From Blastocatellia bacterium (GTDB lineage Bacteria; Acidobacteriota; Blastocatellia; UBA7656), in assembly GCA_963765495.1 (NCBI GenBank), contig CAVXWP010000003.1, forward strand, positions 262,671 through 326,670: a stretch of DNA of 64,000 bases. The letters run 5' to 3'. The number at the start of each line of letters is the position of its first letter. The first letter of the stretch is position 1. A model generated the notes under the pieces. It ran no database searches. It saw nothing but the letters and a program-made list of their open reading frames with translations, and was not told the origin of the DNA. Of this stretch, positions 50,935 through 59,685 are shown one piece after another. The position numbers and the translations under genes were made by a program.

Positions 50935-51795
50935 ATGACGCGAACAGCAATGTGTATCGTGGGCGCAATCGCCTTTACATTCCTGATGTCTTGCTCGGCC
51001 TACTCGCAGACCGTCAATATTTGGCCCGGCACAGCTCCGGGTTCCGAGAATTGGACCCAGAAGGAAAGAACTGCGGACAACACTCCTATTGGGACCGTAG
51101 TCTTTAACGTGGTAACACCGACATTGACGGCTTTCCTTCCAGAGCGAAGCAGGGCGACTGGAACCGGAGTCATCATCGCCCCTGGCGGCGCTTTCGTTGC
51201 GCTGGCCATAGATTTGGAAGGTAACGATGTTGCGCGCTGGCTTCAGGAAAGAGGCATCGCCGCCTTCGTACTCAAGTATCGGATTGTGGAAAAGCGCCAG
51301 GAAGGCATCCCTACGATAAACATGGACGAGGCTGGTAAATATGGCATTGCTGACGGCATTCAGGCCCTCAAGGTGGTTCGCCAGCATGCAGCCGAGTGGG
51401 GCCTGTCACCCGACAGAATCGGCTTCATGGGATTCTCAGCCGGGGCCATGGTTACAAGCGGGTCCCTGCTTCAGAGCGACCCGGCGTTGCGTCCGAACTT
51501 CGCTGCAATGATCTATGGTGGTCCGTTCGGCGTCATGCCGACTATTCCCGCAAAACTGCCGCCCATGTTTCTAGCCTGGGCGCAGGACGATACGTTGGCG
51601 CTTGAGCCCGTAGTCAAATTTTATGGCGCCCTAACATCAGCAGGTCACAAACCTGAGGTCCACATTTTTAGCGCCGGAGGCCATGGCTTCGGCATGCGGA
51701 AACAGGGCACCAGCAGCGACCACTGGAACGAAGCATTCTATTACTGGCTGGAAGGGCAAGGATTCGCCAGACGGGCAGGAATATCCGATCACTGA
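50935..51795 (+). CDS. Alpha/beta hydrolase (carbohydrate esterase-like)
   Basis: PGGAF, GFSAG nucleophile, GGHGFG; AGGAG RBS. Confidence 0.88.
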   Translation: MTRTAMCIVGAIAFTFLMSCSAYSQTVNIWPGTAPGSENWTQKERTADNTPIGTVVFNVVTPTLTAFLPERSRATGTGVIIAPGGAFVALAIDLEGNDVARWLQERGIAAFVLKYRIVEKRQEGIPTINMDEAGKYGIADGIQALKVVRQHAAEWGLSPDRIGFMGFSAGAMVTSGSLLQSDPALRPNFAAMIYGGPFGVMPTIPAKLPPMFLAWAQDDTLALEPVVKFYGALTSAGHKPEVHIFSAGGHGFGMRKQGTSSDHWNEAFYYWLEGQGFARRAGISDH

Positions 51796-51934
51796 CCGGC
51801 TTCGCGACTTTACGGAGCAGCTTACATCGTAGCGCACCCGGTGCGATACCCGTCATTTCATTGGGCACGAGCGCGGAAAGCGAGTTTTACCTATTGTTAA
51901 TATCCTCACTTTGGGAAAGCAGGAGGGAAATACG

Positions 51935-52489
51935 ATGAGATATATGATCCTGTTTATTGCGCTTATACTTTGTCTATCTCTCTCTCTGTTCCACGCGACG
52001 AGTGACACGCTTGCTGGCAGCCAGAATCAATCCACCAGCCAGGCAATCTCTCCTTGTGATATTGCAGCCTATGTCATAGACCGTGACCCAAACGGTCTGA
52101 ATGTGCGTGCCGGAGCGGGCAAGACTTATAAAACTATCGGGAATCTGCCAAATGGACAGGTAGATGGCATAGTCGTTCATATCACAGGCTTCCAGGGTGA
52201 CTGGGCCCGAATAGATAAAGCCGTAGAGGAGGGTGGGGATAATGAACGGACATTTTTTGAAGGGGATGGGTGGGTCTATGCTCCTCTGCTAGGCGTAGAG
52301 GGCATGAGAACGAGGCTATTTAAGGAGCAGACCGAAAAGAGCAATGTCGTGATCCTTATCCCGGCAGGAGACGACGGTGTGAGAGTGCGAGGGTGTCGAG
52401 GGAAATGGATGTATGTAGAATACAAGAAAGCGAAGGGCTGGGCAGCACCTGGAACACTATGTGCAAACTCGCTGACGACTTGTAGCTAA
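51935..52489 (+). CDS. Secreted SH3b-domain protein
   Basis: Signal peptide; D.DPNGLNVRAGAG, GWV, C-terminal CANSLTTCS. Confidence 0.72.
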   Translation: MRYMILFIALILCLSLSLFHATSDTLAGSQNQSTSQAISPCDIAAYVIDRDPNGLNVRAGAGKTYKTIGNLPNGQVDGIVVHITGFQGDWARIDKAVEEGGDNERTFFEGDGWVYAPLLGVEGMRTRLFKEQTEKSNVVILIPAGDDGVRVRGCRGKWMYVEYKKAKGWAAPGTLCANSLTTCS

Positions 52490-52577
52490 TAAGAGCGACA
52501 TGGGAAGAACCACCATCTAAGCCACTTGAAAAACCTGACTCTGTTTGCCGTGGATTGCTACAAACCGCCTGAAAAAG

Positions 52578-52606
52578 ATCAGGGCCACCTTTTGAGTGGC
52601 CCTGAT
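52578..52606. terminator. Perfect 11-bp hairpin terminator downstream of the tRNA fragment
   Basis: ATCAGGGCCAC-cttttga-GTGGCCCTGAT with A/T runs on both sides. Confidence 0.8.
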
Positions 52607-52621
52607 TTATTGAATCTAAAA

Positions 52622-52667
52622 GTGGAGCTAGTCGGGCTCGAACCGACGACCTCTTGAATGCCATTCA
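52622..52667 (-). tRNA. 3' half of tRNA-Ala(GGC), probable integration (att) site rather than a complete gene
   Basis: Minus strand TGAATGGCATTCAAGAGGTCGTCGGTTCGAGCCCGACTAGCTCCAC = anticodon arm, T-arm and acceptor 3' strand; D-arm and 5' acceptor strand absent. Confidence 0.85.
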
Positions 52668-53094
52668 TTTCACCAGCCGCCAATCTCAATGACAATTCAT
52701 TATGTTTAGTTAAGTTTAGGAGCAAGTTAAGCCATCAGCCAGCAGGTCAATATCACTGAATATCACCCAGCGTCTATAAAAATTTGTCACAAGATTGTCA
52801 CAAGCTTTTCTTATATGGGTATAACGTCAGTGGCAGATCAGAGTTCTTTAGTGATTACGAGACCGCATTCTACGCCAGCTCTCTTCGTGTGAACTTGGTA
52901 GCACTTGTTGAAAGATAATGCTCGGGGCGAGCCTGGGCCATCCGCTCGATTCCGCAAGTACCGCGTTCATTTGATAGAAGATCTTCGCAGCTTATCAGGC
53001 AAGTTCAACTTATCATCAATCAACACGTCGATAGAGATCTTCATCAGCCTTTGCACAAGCCAGCAAAACTGAAAGCTAGGGCTGGCCGGTCAAA

Positions 53095-54057
53095 TCACGT
53101 TCTGCGATTATCTAGCGGACTCTTGACCCCTCGACCTCCGCTGTTGAGTACGTGTGTATAAATCATTGTCGTGCTTACATCCTTATGACCGAGCAATTCT
53201 TGCACCGTTCTTATGTCATATCCGTCTTCTATCAGATGCGTCGCAAAACTATGTCTCAACGTATGGCAACTGGCTGGTTTCACAATCCCTGCTTTCTTAA
53301 CCGCTGCCGCAATTGCGCTCTGCAATCCTGTCTCTGAGTAATGATGCCTTCTTATCTTTCCTGAACGTGGATCAACAGATCGTCTTAATGATGGGAATAC
53401 ATATTGCCAACCCCACGACCGATTCGCTTTGGGATATTTTCTTTCAAGCGCGTATGGCAGATAAACCTCACCGAATCCCTCAGCTAAGTCGCGCGTATGT
53501 AGCCCTTTGATTCTTACCAGGTGGTTCTTCAACTCTTGCTTTATTGTCGCAGGCAGCATCGTAATTCGATCTTTACTCCCTTTGCCATCGCGGACAGTAA
53601 TCTGGTTGTAAGAGAAGTCAATATCCTTAACACGGAGTCTCAAGCATTCCAATAATCTCAAGCCTGCTCCGTATAGCAGACTCCCCATCAGCCAATGAAG
53701 ATCATTGAGTTGGTCAAGTACACAGTAGACTTCTTCTCGGGTTAAGACCACAGGCATCTTCCTGGGTTTTTTTGCTCGCTCAACATTATTTAGCCTGCCA
53801 AAGGGTTGTTTGAGAACTACCTTATATAGGAACAGGAGCGCAGACAATGCCTGATTCTGAGTCGAGGAAGCAATCTTCTTTTCCACAGCCAGATATGAAA
53901 GGAACTGCTCGACTTCTAGGTTGCCCATCTCTGATGGATTACGCTTACGATGAAAGAGTATGTATTCTTTGATCCAGAAAATGTAGGCACTTTCGGTCCT
54001 GATGCTGTAGTGCCTGAGGCGCATCAGGCGACGGGTCTCATCGAGTATTTGGGACAT
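53095..54057 (-). CDS. intI: Integron integrase (tyrosine recombinase)
   Basis: [33 protein letters not shown], integron-specific insert [36 protein letters not shown]. Confidence 0.97.
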   Translation of the reverse strand: MSQILDETRRLMRLRHYSIRTESAYIFWIKEYILFHRKRNPSEMGNLEVEQFLSYLAVEKKIASSTQNQALSALLFLYKVVLKQPFGRLNNVERAKKPRKMPVVLTREEVYCVLDQLNDLHWLMGSLLYGAGLRLLECLRLRVKDIDFSYNQITVRDGKGSKDRITMLPATIKQELKNHLVRIKGLHTRDLAEGFGEVYLPYALERKYPKANRSWGWQYVFPSLRRSVDPRSGKIRRHHYSETGLQSAIAAAVKKAGIVKPASCHTLRHSFATHLIEDGYDIRTVQELLGHKDVSTTMIYTHVLNSGGRGVKSPLDNRRT

Positions 54058-54104
54058 AGGCAGGCTTTCCCATCTTCGGACAAGAAATCACCTGGGAAGT
54101 GGTC

Positions 54105-54134
54105 AAGATATATATCGAAATCTCCGTTTGTCAA
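54105..54134 (-). promoter_or_regulatory. Candidate sigma-70 promoter for intI
   Basis: Minus strand TTGACA-N18-TATCTT, about 50 bp upstream of the ATG. Confidence 0.5.
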
Positions 54135-54205
54135 CTTGAAAGAGGAGTGCACAGGGAGTAATATGCGCCTACCCAGGGAATATAGAAAGCGGCTCCATTC
54201 ATAAA

Positions 54206-54568
54206 ATGGGAATCTCTACGAGAGTACGCGCAGGTGCGAAAGGGACAAAGAAGCTAGTAAGGCAATATGGGGATAAACTGATCTGTGTCAGGTACAGGTA
54301 CGATGAGGCAAGCAAAAAGCGGTACAAAACGATAGAACTGATAATTGATGAAGTGGCTTGGGAGCGAAAGGCTCGGCGCTATAAGCCGCAACAGGTGGTG
54401 GGGGTGAGAGTTGGAATGGAGGAGCAAGAGCTACAAAAGAGGGTAAAGCAGGCAGGAGGGAGATGGAACAAGGAGGAGAGAGTATGGGAAATAAGGTATG
54501 ATCGGGCGGTTAGTATAGGGGTGAAGGATCGCATAGCCAGAGGAAAGTTTATGAATGGAAAAACCTGA
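54206..54568 (+). CDS. Small basic hypothetical protein between intI and attI
   Basis: 120 aa, K/R-rich; G.KGTKKLV..YGDKL.CVRYRYD and C-terminal VKQAGGRWN....VWE (DUF5710-like); no attC follows. Confidence 0.8.
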   Translation: MGISTRVRAGAKGTKKLVRQYGDKLICVRYRYDEASKKRYKTIELIIDEVAWERKARRYKPQQVVGVRVGMEEQELQKRVKQAGGRWNKEERVWEIRYDRAVSIGVKDRIARGKFMNGKT

Positions 54569-54768
54569 TGGTTTATGACAGAACAAACTTGTTTCTCTAT
54601 GCAGAAACTTGTTTACGATATGACAAACTTTCTGGCGGGCGAGTTTGAAATCAGATGGGAAGGAGCGACAGAAGGGAAAAGGAAGTTTCTGTATAAAAGA
54701 ACTTTGAGGTTTATGATAAGAATAACTTGTTCGTCTATGAGCAAACTTGTTTATGAATGGAAAAACTC
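54547..54768. repeat. Array of eight palindromic GTTT-N10-AAAC(TT) sites in two phased blocks
   Basis: Sites start at 54547, 54571, 54591, 54611 and 54685, 54709, 54729, 54749. Confidence 0.85.
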
Positions 54769-54769
54769 G

Positions 54770-54796
54770 GCTACCGGGTCTATTTCAAAGTTAGGC
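54770..54796 (+). other. Probable attI recombination site
   Basis: GTTAGGC core at 54790-54796 with no upstream attC left arm; first cassette follows. Confidence 0.75.
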
Positions 54797-55152
54797 GTCA
54801 GATCATCGATGAGAGGGAGACGACTCATCAAGCAATGATACGAAAACATGCTCAGGTAAGTCATCGCGAGGACAGCCACTTGCTCGCTTCTCTCTTCTCT
54901 TGTTCCTTCATATGATGTTTCTTCCAAACGATCTATTCAGCATCTGGCTCAATGATAATGCTGCCTCGAAAAGATACCTTCGCAGGGCAATTGCCTGTTG
55001 AGGCAAGGGGTAGAGAAACCTGATTGGGAAGGACGAACTTGCACATCAAGCTGCTTCCTTGGCAATGACAGGAAAACCTGTCTCAGAAAGTGAGACTGAA
55101 AATAGGAGGATCAGGGTCAGCAAAGCGCAAGAAATGAAACAGGCAAGGGGCC
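54791..55152 (+). ncRNA. Gene-less cassette, family A copy 1 (candidate structured RNA)
   Basis: No credible ORF; homologous to 56437-56818 and 58437-58878; nested complementarity. Confidence 0.5.
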
Positions 55153-55237
55153 GCCTAACCGCTCAATCAACCGGACCCGCATACCAACTTCTCGTTATCC
55201 CTTCGACCACAGCGGGCCGGTTATCTCGGTGTTAGGC
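55153..55237 (+). repeat. attC site 1
   Basis: GCCTAAC...GTTAGGC imperfect palindrome, 85 bp. Confidence 0.92.
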
Positions 55238-55374
55238 TCTCGCTTTGGCTAGGAAAACATTAATAGGGTTAAGATGATTCAAACCCTTCCCTTCAGCCCT
55301 CCTCAAAATGTCATTTCAAATTATCAATCACGAATTCTCGCAATTACACTACTTCTGCTCTATACTGCTTCACC

Positions 55375-55683
55375 ATGAAAAAGCATCGAAAGGATCCCAA
55401 ATTGTCCGGACCTCCTGACCTTAATTATTTTGCTGAATGGGATGATGGTGATGGTCGTGCTGGAGTCAATGCCGGGCCAAGCGGGTTGACTTGGTGGTAT
55501 CGACCTAAGGGTCCGGGAGGTAGATTTGGTGAGGTTGGTTCTGATCAAACCTTTGAAGAATTTCTTGGCCACGGACCGAAAGGTGGAGCCGTGCCAGAAA
55601 AAGTGATAGGTGAGCTAGAATCAATCAAAAGGCGCAGGGAATTACAAATGCACAAAGGCGAAGGAGTTCAAGTACAGAGCTAA
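55375..55683 (+). CDS. Cassette-encoded hypothetical protein
   Basis: 102-aa ORF between attC1 and attC2. Confidence 0.6.
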   Translation: MKKHRKDPKLSGPPDLNYFAEWDDGDGRAGVNAGPSGLTWWYRPKGPGGRFGEVGSDQTFEEFLGHGPKGGAVPEKVIGELESIKRRRELQMHKGEGVQVQS

Positions 55684-55828
55684 TCCTGGAACAGAAACGA
55701 ATGGAGACCGACCCTGCGTCCATCGAAGAAACCCGAGAGATCGAGAGATATCTTAACTGGTTCAATAAGAGAGAAAATGAACCAAGCTGAGAGGTTGAAA
55801 GTAATGGATGGCCTAAGAAACGGAAACA

Positions 55829-55914
55829 GCCTAACTGCTCATTCCAGCGGACGCGCATGCCAACTTCTCGATTGCATCGGAGGCCACAGCGCGCCGCTGA
55901 ACTCGGCGTTAGGC
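55829..55914 (+). repeat. attC site 2
   Basis: GCCTAACTGCTCATTCCAGCGGACGCGC...GCGCGCCGCTGAACTCGGCGTTAGGC. Confidence 0.92.
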
Positions 55915-56092
55915 TCGCGGGGAAAGTACCTGACCAACAGCAAGGAATTGGAGGTAGAAATACTTGATCAAACAAGATCATAGTAGCGACAAGATACTTT
56001 CACCAAGCAAGGAGATACGCTTGGGGCCGCGCCTCCCGATATGCCTTGATTGAATTGCAAAGAAAGCCGAGCGCGGCCAAAGACAAAGGCGA
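55915..56092 (+). ncRNA. Gene-less cassette, family B copy 1
   Basis: No start-to-stop ORF; GGCCGCGC...GCGCGGCC hairpin; homologous to the next cassette. Confidence 0.45.
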
Positions 56093-56178
56093 GCCTAACA
56101 TGGGCATTCAACGGACCCGCATACCAGCGTCTCGTTATCCCTTCGCCCACAGCGGGCCGCTGATTCCCGGCGTTAGGC
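56093..56178 (+). repeat. attC site 3
   Basis: GCCTAAC...GTTAGGC, 86 bp. Confidence 0.92.
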
Positions 56179-56357
56179 TCGCGGGAAAGTACCTGACCAA
56201 CAGCAACGAATTGGATGCAAAGGTATTTCGGACAACAAGACCATGATGACGAAAGAGGTCAAAACACCAAGCAAGGAGTTAAGGTTGGGGCCGCGCCAAT
56301 CGAGGCAGACTGATTTGCTCGAAATAAGCGCCGAGCGCGGCCAAAGACAAAGGCGGC
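56179..56357 (+). ncRNA. Gene-less cassette, family B copy 2
   Basis: Shares gaaagtacctgaccaacagcaa and the ggccgcgc/gcgcggccaaagacaaaggcg blocks. Confidence 0.45.
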
Positions 56358-56442
56358 GCCTAACAGGTCGATCAACCGGACCCGCATGCCAACCTCTCGT
56401 TATCCCTTTGCCCACGGCGGGCCGGTTATCTCCGCGTTAGGC
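56358..56442 (+). repeat. attC site 4
   Basis: GCCTAAC...GTTAGGC, 85 bp. Confidence 0.92.
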
Positions 56443-56818
56443 GTCAACCTCAGAAGCGAAACGACTCATAAAGCGATGATGCGAAAACATGTTCAGGTAG
56501 TCATCGCCAGGACAATGCGCTTGCTCGCTTCTCATTCCACTCTCTTCGCATCGCTTATCTCTGTTCCTTTCTCTGATACTGCTTTCTCCCGAATCAGTCT
56601 GTTCAGCATTGCTCAATGACAATGCTGCCTCGAAAAGATACCTTCGCATGGCAATTGCCTGTTGAGGTAAGCGACAGCACAAACCTGATTGGAAAAGACG
56701 AACTTGGCACATCAAGCTGCTTCCTAAGCAATAGCAGGAAAACCTATCTCAGAAAGTGAGGCTGAGAATTGGAGGATCAGGGCCAGCAAAGCTCAAGTAA
56801 TGAAACAGGCAAGGAGCT
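56443..56818 (+). ncRNA. Gene-less cassette, family A copy 2
   Basis: Shares aatgctgcctcgaaaagataccttcgca, caattgcctgttgagg, tctcagaaagtgag with copy 1. Confidence 0.5.
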
Positions 56819-56903
56819 GCCTAACCGCTCAATCAACCGGACCCGCATTCCAACTTCTCGTTATCCCTTCGACCACAGCGGGCCGGTTATCTCGTCGTTA
56901 GGC
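56819..56903 (+). repeat. attC site 5
   Basis: Nearly identical to attC1. Confidence 0.92.
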
Positions 56904-57048
56904 TCGTGGGGAAAAATGCTGACCAAAAGCCAGGACAAAGTAGCGATGATAAAACCGGAACAACGAACGATCTCGACAAGGGGCCGCGCCTCCCGATATG
57001 CCTTGATTGAATTGCCCAGAAAGCCGAGCGCGGCCAACGACAAAGCGA
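56904..57048 (+). ncRNA. Gene-less cassette, family B copy 3 (shorter)
   Basis: ggggccgcgcctcccgatatgccttgattgaattgc..agaaagccgagcgcggccaa nearly identical to copy 1. Confidence 0.45.
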
Positions 57049-57134
57049 GCCTAACCACCGGTTCGACCGGACCCGCATGCCACCACTTCATTATCCCTCT
57101 GCTACCAGCGGGCCGCTCAACCGGGGCGTTAGGC
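57049..57134 (+). repeat. attC site 6
   Basis: GCCTAAC...GTTAGGC, 86 bp. Confidence 0.92.
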
Positions 57135-57251
57135 TCTCGCAGTTACCTCAAATTCATTGGTATGGTTACTCCAATCTGATTACTCATTTTCATTTGAATA
57201 TCTTTGCCTCCCTACATAGAATCAGTTCGCTTTCGCAGATTTTCTTAGTGA

Positions 57252-58283
57252 GTGGTTATTACGTTTTGGAAAGGAGTTTTATCGTTTATGGTACGGCGTC
57301 CTATTGTCTTATGGGACTTGCGACTGGGTGTATGGGGGGTGCGTAACTACTACTCCACCTTGGAGCAACGAGCCATCACGGGAGCCATCATATCTCCCGG
57401 TTACATTGCTATGATCTTTGCCGCGGCGGGCATGGCGACTGCCGGACTGCTTCTAAACAGTTCAGCAGCAATAATTGGGTCTATGTGTGTTGCCCCATTT
57501 ATGGCCCCTTCACGAGCCGTGTGTATAGGCATAATTTTTCGGGAACCGCGCATCGTCTTGAAGGGTCTACTTAAGCAACTCGCTGGGTTGCTTTTCCTTG
57601 GGAGTGGTGTCGCAACAATTCTTACACTACTTATTCAAGGCACATTCGGTGGTCTTTCTATAACGCCAGAAGTTTTGTTGCGGGCCATGCCTACAACACA
57701 AGACGTGCTACTCAATGCTTTAATAGCCCTCTCGGCTGGTGCGGCGGCAACTTTGGCTCTTACTGCTGAACCACATATTGTAGAAACCCCTTGGGGTCAG
57801 GTTCTTGATGCAGTAATTGGGGTCGAAATCGCCGTTTCGCTGTTACCCCCGGCGGCAGTGGTAGGTATCGGCCTTGCATTTCGTAGGGCAGATATTGCTA
57901 ATCATGCTTTACTCCTTATGCTCTTAAATGTTCTTGGGCTTGACATAATAGGTAGTGGGCTAATTCTTGTACTGCGAGGAATCCGTAGAAGATATCTTGA
58001 TCTGGAAAAAGCGATTCGTGATTCAGTAGCTGTAACACTTGACATTGTTCCTGGATTCATTGACATGGGCAGTACAATAGACGTGACGCTTTTGAGCCCC
58101 TCGGAGACCCGCATAAATGTAATTGTGCGTCGGCGTTTTGGAGGGAAAGTTCCTGAGACACTAGCCCATACTATTGCAATAAACGTGACTACGGAAACCG
58201 GCTGCCATAGTGATGTCACTGTTGAAGTGATTCCACTACTCACGCACTCAGAGTTAGGACTATCCTTTAACAAAGAGGAATAA
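57252..58283 (+). CDS. Cassette-encoded DUF389-family membrane protein
   Basis: AT.GLLLNSSAAIIGSMCVAPFMAP, IGV.IAVSLLPPAAVVGIGL; start uncertain (ATG 57288 possible). Confidence 0.85.
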   Translation: MVITFWKGVLSFMVRRPIVLWDLRLGVWGVRNYYSTLEQRAITGAIISPGYIAMIFAAAGMATAGLLLNSSAAIIGSMCVAPFMAPSRAVCIGIIFREPRIVLKGLLKQLAGLLFLGSGVATILTLLIQGTFGGLSITPEVLLRAMPTTQDVLLNALIALSAGAAATLALTAEPHIVETPWGQVLDAVIGVEIAVSLLPPAAVVGIGLAFRRADIANHALLLMLLNVLGLDIIGSGLILVLRGIRRRYLDLEKAIRDSVAVTLDIVPGFIDMGSTIDVTLLSPSETRINVIVRRRFGGKVPETLAHTIAINVTTETGCHSDVTVEVIPLLTHSELGLSFNKEE

Positions 58284-58357
58284 GTAGTGGAAGGCCAATT
58301 CCGTGAGGAGACACTATAGCCAACAACCAGTCAGAGACATAAGGATTCAAGAACTAA

Positions 58358-58442
58358 GCCTAACTGCTCATTCCAGCGGACGCGCTTGCCAACCGCTCGT
58401 GTTCCACTGGTTACCGGCGCGCCGCTGAATTCGTCGTTAGGC
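58358..58442 (+). repeat. attC site 7
   Basis: GCCTAAC...GTTAGGC, 85 bp. Confidence 0.92.
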
Positions 58443-58878
58443 GTCAGATCACCGACGAAAGGGAGACGACTCAGTTTGCCTTGCTGTTGAAACCTGTCCA
58501 GGCAAGTCATCGCCAGGACCCCTACTTGCTCGATTCTCTTGCCTCTTTATCCCATACTACTCTGCTGTGTCTCTCATCCCTGCTCCTTCATCTGACACTT
58601 CTTTCTCCCAAAGCAGTCTTTCAGCATTGCTCATATAAACCTGTCTGGCGAAGAAGCCTGTTCAGCCGATTGCCTGTTGAGACAAGCATCAGAGAGGCGA
58701 GTTTGGAAAAGAGGAAGTAGGCAGATCAAAAAGCTTCCCCGACGAAAGAGAGCAACACCTGTCGCACGAGAGAGGAAATGACCTGTGAGGAAGAAGAGAA
58801 ACTGTGCAGAAACGAGAGATAAGAATAGGAGGGTTATGATCAGGAAAGCTCAAGAAGGATGAATCGGCGAAGGAAGCC
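58443..58878 (+). ncRNA. Gene-less cassette, family A copy 3 (diverged)
   Basis: gtcagatca..gggagacgactca, aagtcatcgc.aggac, acttgctcg, ttcagcattgctca, attgcctgttgag shared with copies 1 and 2. Confidence 0.5.
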
Positions 58879-58963
58879 GCCTAACTGCTCATTCCAGCGG
58901 ACGCGCTTTCCAACTACTCGCGTTCCACCAGCTACCGGCGCGCCGCTGAACTCGTCGTTAGGC
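58879..58963 (+). repeat. attC site 8
   Basis: GCCTAAC...GTTAGGC, 85 bp. Confidence 0.92.
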
Positions 58964-58993
58964 AGACTGTCGAGAGATGCTATAATTGCAAAC

Positions 58994-59438
58994 GTGAATC
59001 TAAATCGGCTTCTTTTCAAAATTCTTTTGATTGAGATTGCTCTCTCCTTCTCTACGCTTTGGTTTTGTTCGTCTCATGATTTGCCAGACCGTGCTTTGAT
59101 CCTTTACTTGCAAAAGCAGCCTCAGATCAGGCAGTTTGAAATTCTTAGTCGAATTGATCATCCTATATTAAAGACTACGAAGCCCTTGCTCTGGGTGTTG
59201 ACAATGAAAGACGGATTTATCGAATATCGTGTCAGGATTTCTACTCGACAGGCCGATTTAGAATTACATCTATAAGCTGCGGAAGAAAGAGGGAATTTGG
59301 GAAATCCTTGAGCAGAGATGTCATACAATTCAAATGATTGCAGAATTAGAAAAGGGTAAAATTTGCGGTCCGGTGTGTGATATTGTTGTATCGGACAAGA
59401 ACGGCAAGAAAGTAGGTATCAAAATGAGCAACGGGTGA
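58994..59438 (+). pseudogene. Probable frameshifted cassette gene (unknown exported protein)
   Basis: VNLNRLLFKILLIEIALS..LELHL* overlaps a second frame NYIYKLRKKEGIWEIL..KMSNG* that ends just before attC9. Confidence 0.45.
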
Positions 59439-59461
59439 ATTGAAATAAAAATCGAGGTTCT

Positions 59462-59546
59462 GCCTAACTGCTCATTCCAGCGGACGCGCTTTCCACCATT
59501 TCGTTATCCCTCTGCTACCGGCGCGCCGCTGAACTCGTCGTTAGGC
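59462..59546 (+). repeat. attC site 9
   Basis: GCCTAAC...GTTAGGC, 85 bp. Confidence 0.92.
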
Positions 59547-59685
59547 TCGCTCGGTTGCCCGAAAATTCTTAATTCTATATTTAGGCTGAATACTTGATTT
59601 CACCTGACAACCTGGGTAGGTCAATTGAATAGCTGCCCTATTTTCTGTATCCTCTACAGCCTCAATATTAATTAAGGAGGCGTTG

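Noticed and set aside
52622-52700. Complete tRNA-Ala gene
   Set aside because: 5' acceptor strand and D-arm are missing
54058-54205. LexA box controlling intI
   Set aside because: No CTGT-N8-ACAG or GTTC-N7-GTTC motif recognisable
54547-54768. GTTT...AAAC array as a mini-CRISPR
   Set aside because: Ends resemble some CRISPR repeats, but units are 18-20 bp, abut without spacers and vary internally
55625-57179. Short ORFs spanning attC sites (e.g. 55968-56150, 56173-56415, 56769-57179, 56861-57091)
   Set aside because: They start in or cross attC sites and frames are not conserved among paralogous cassettes
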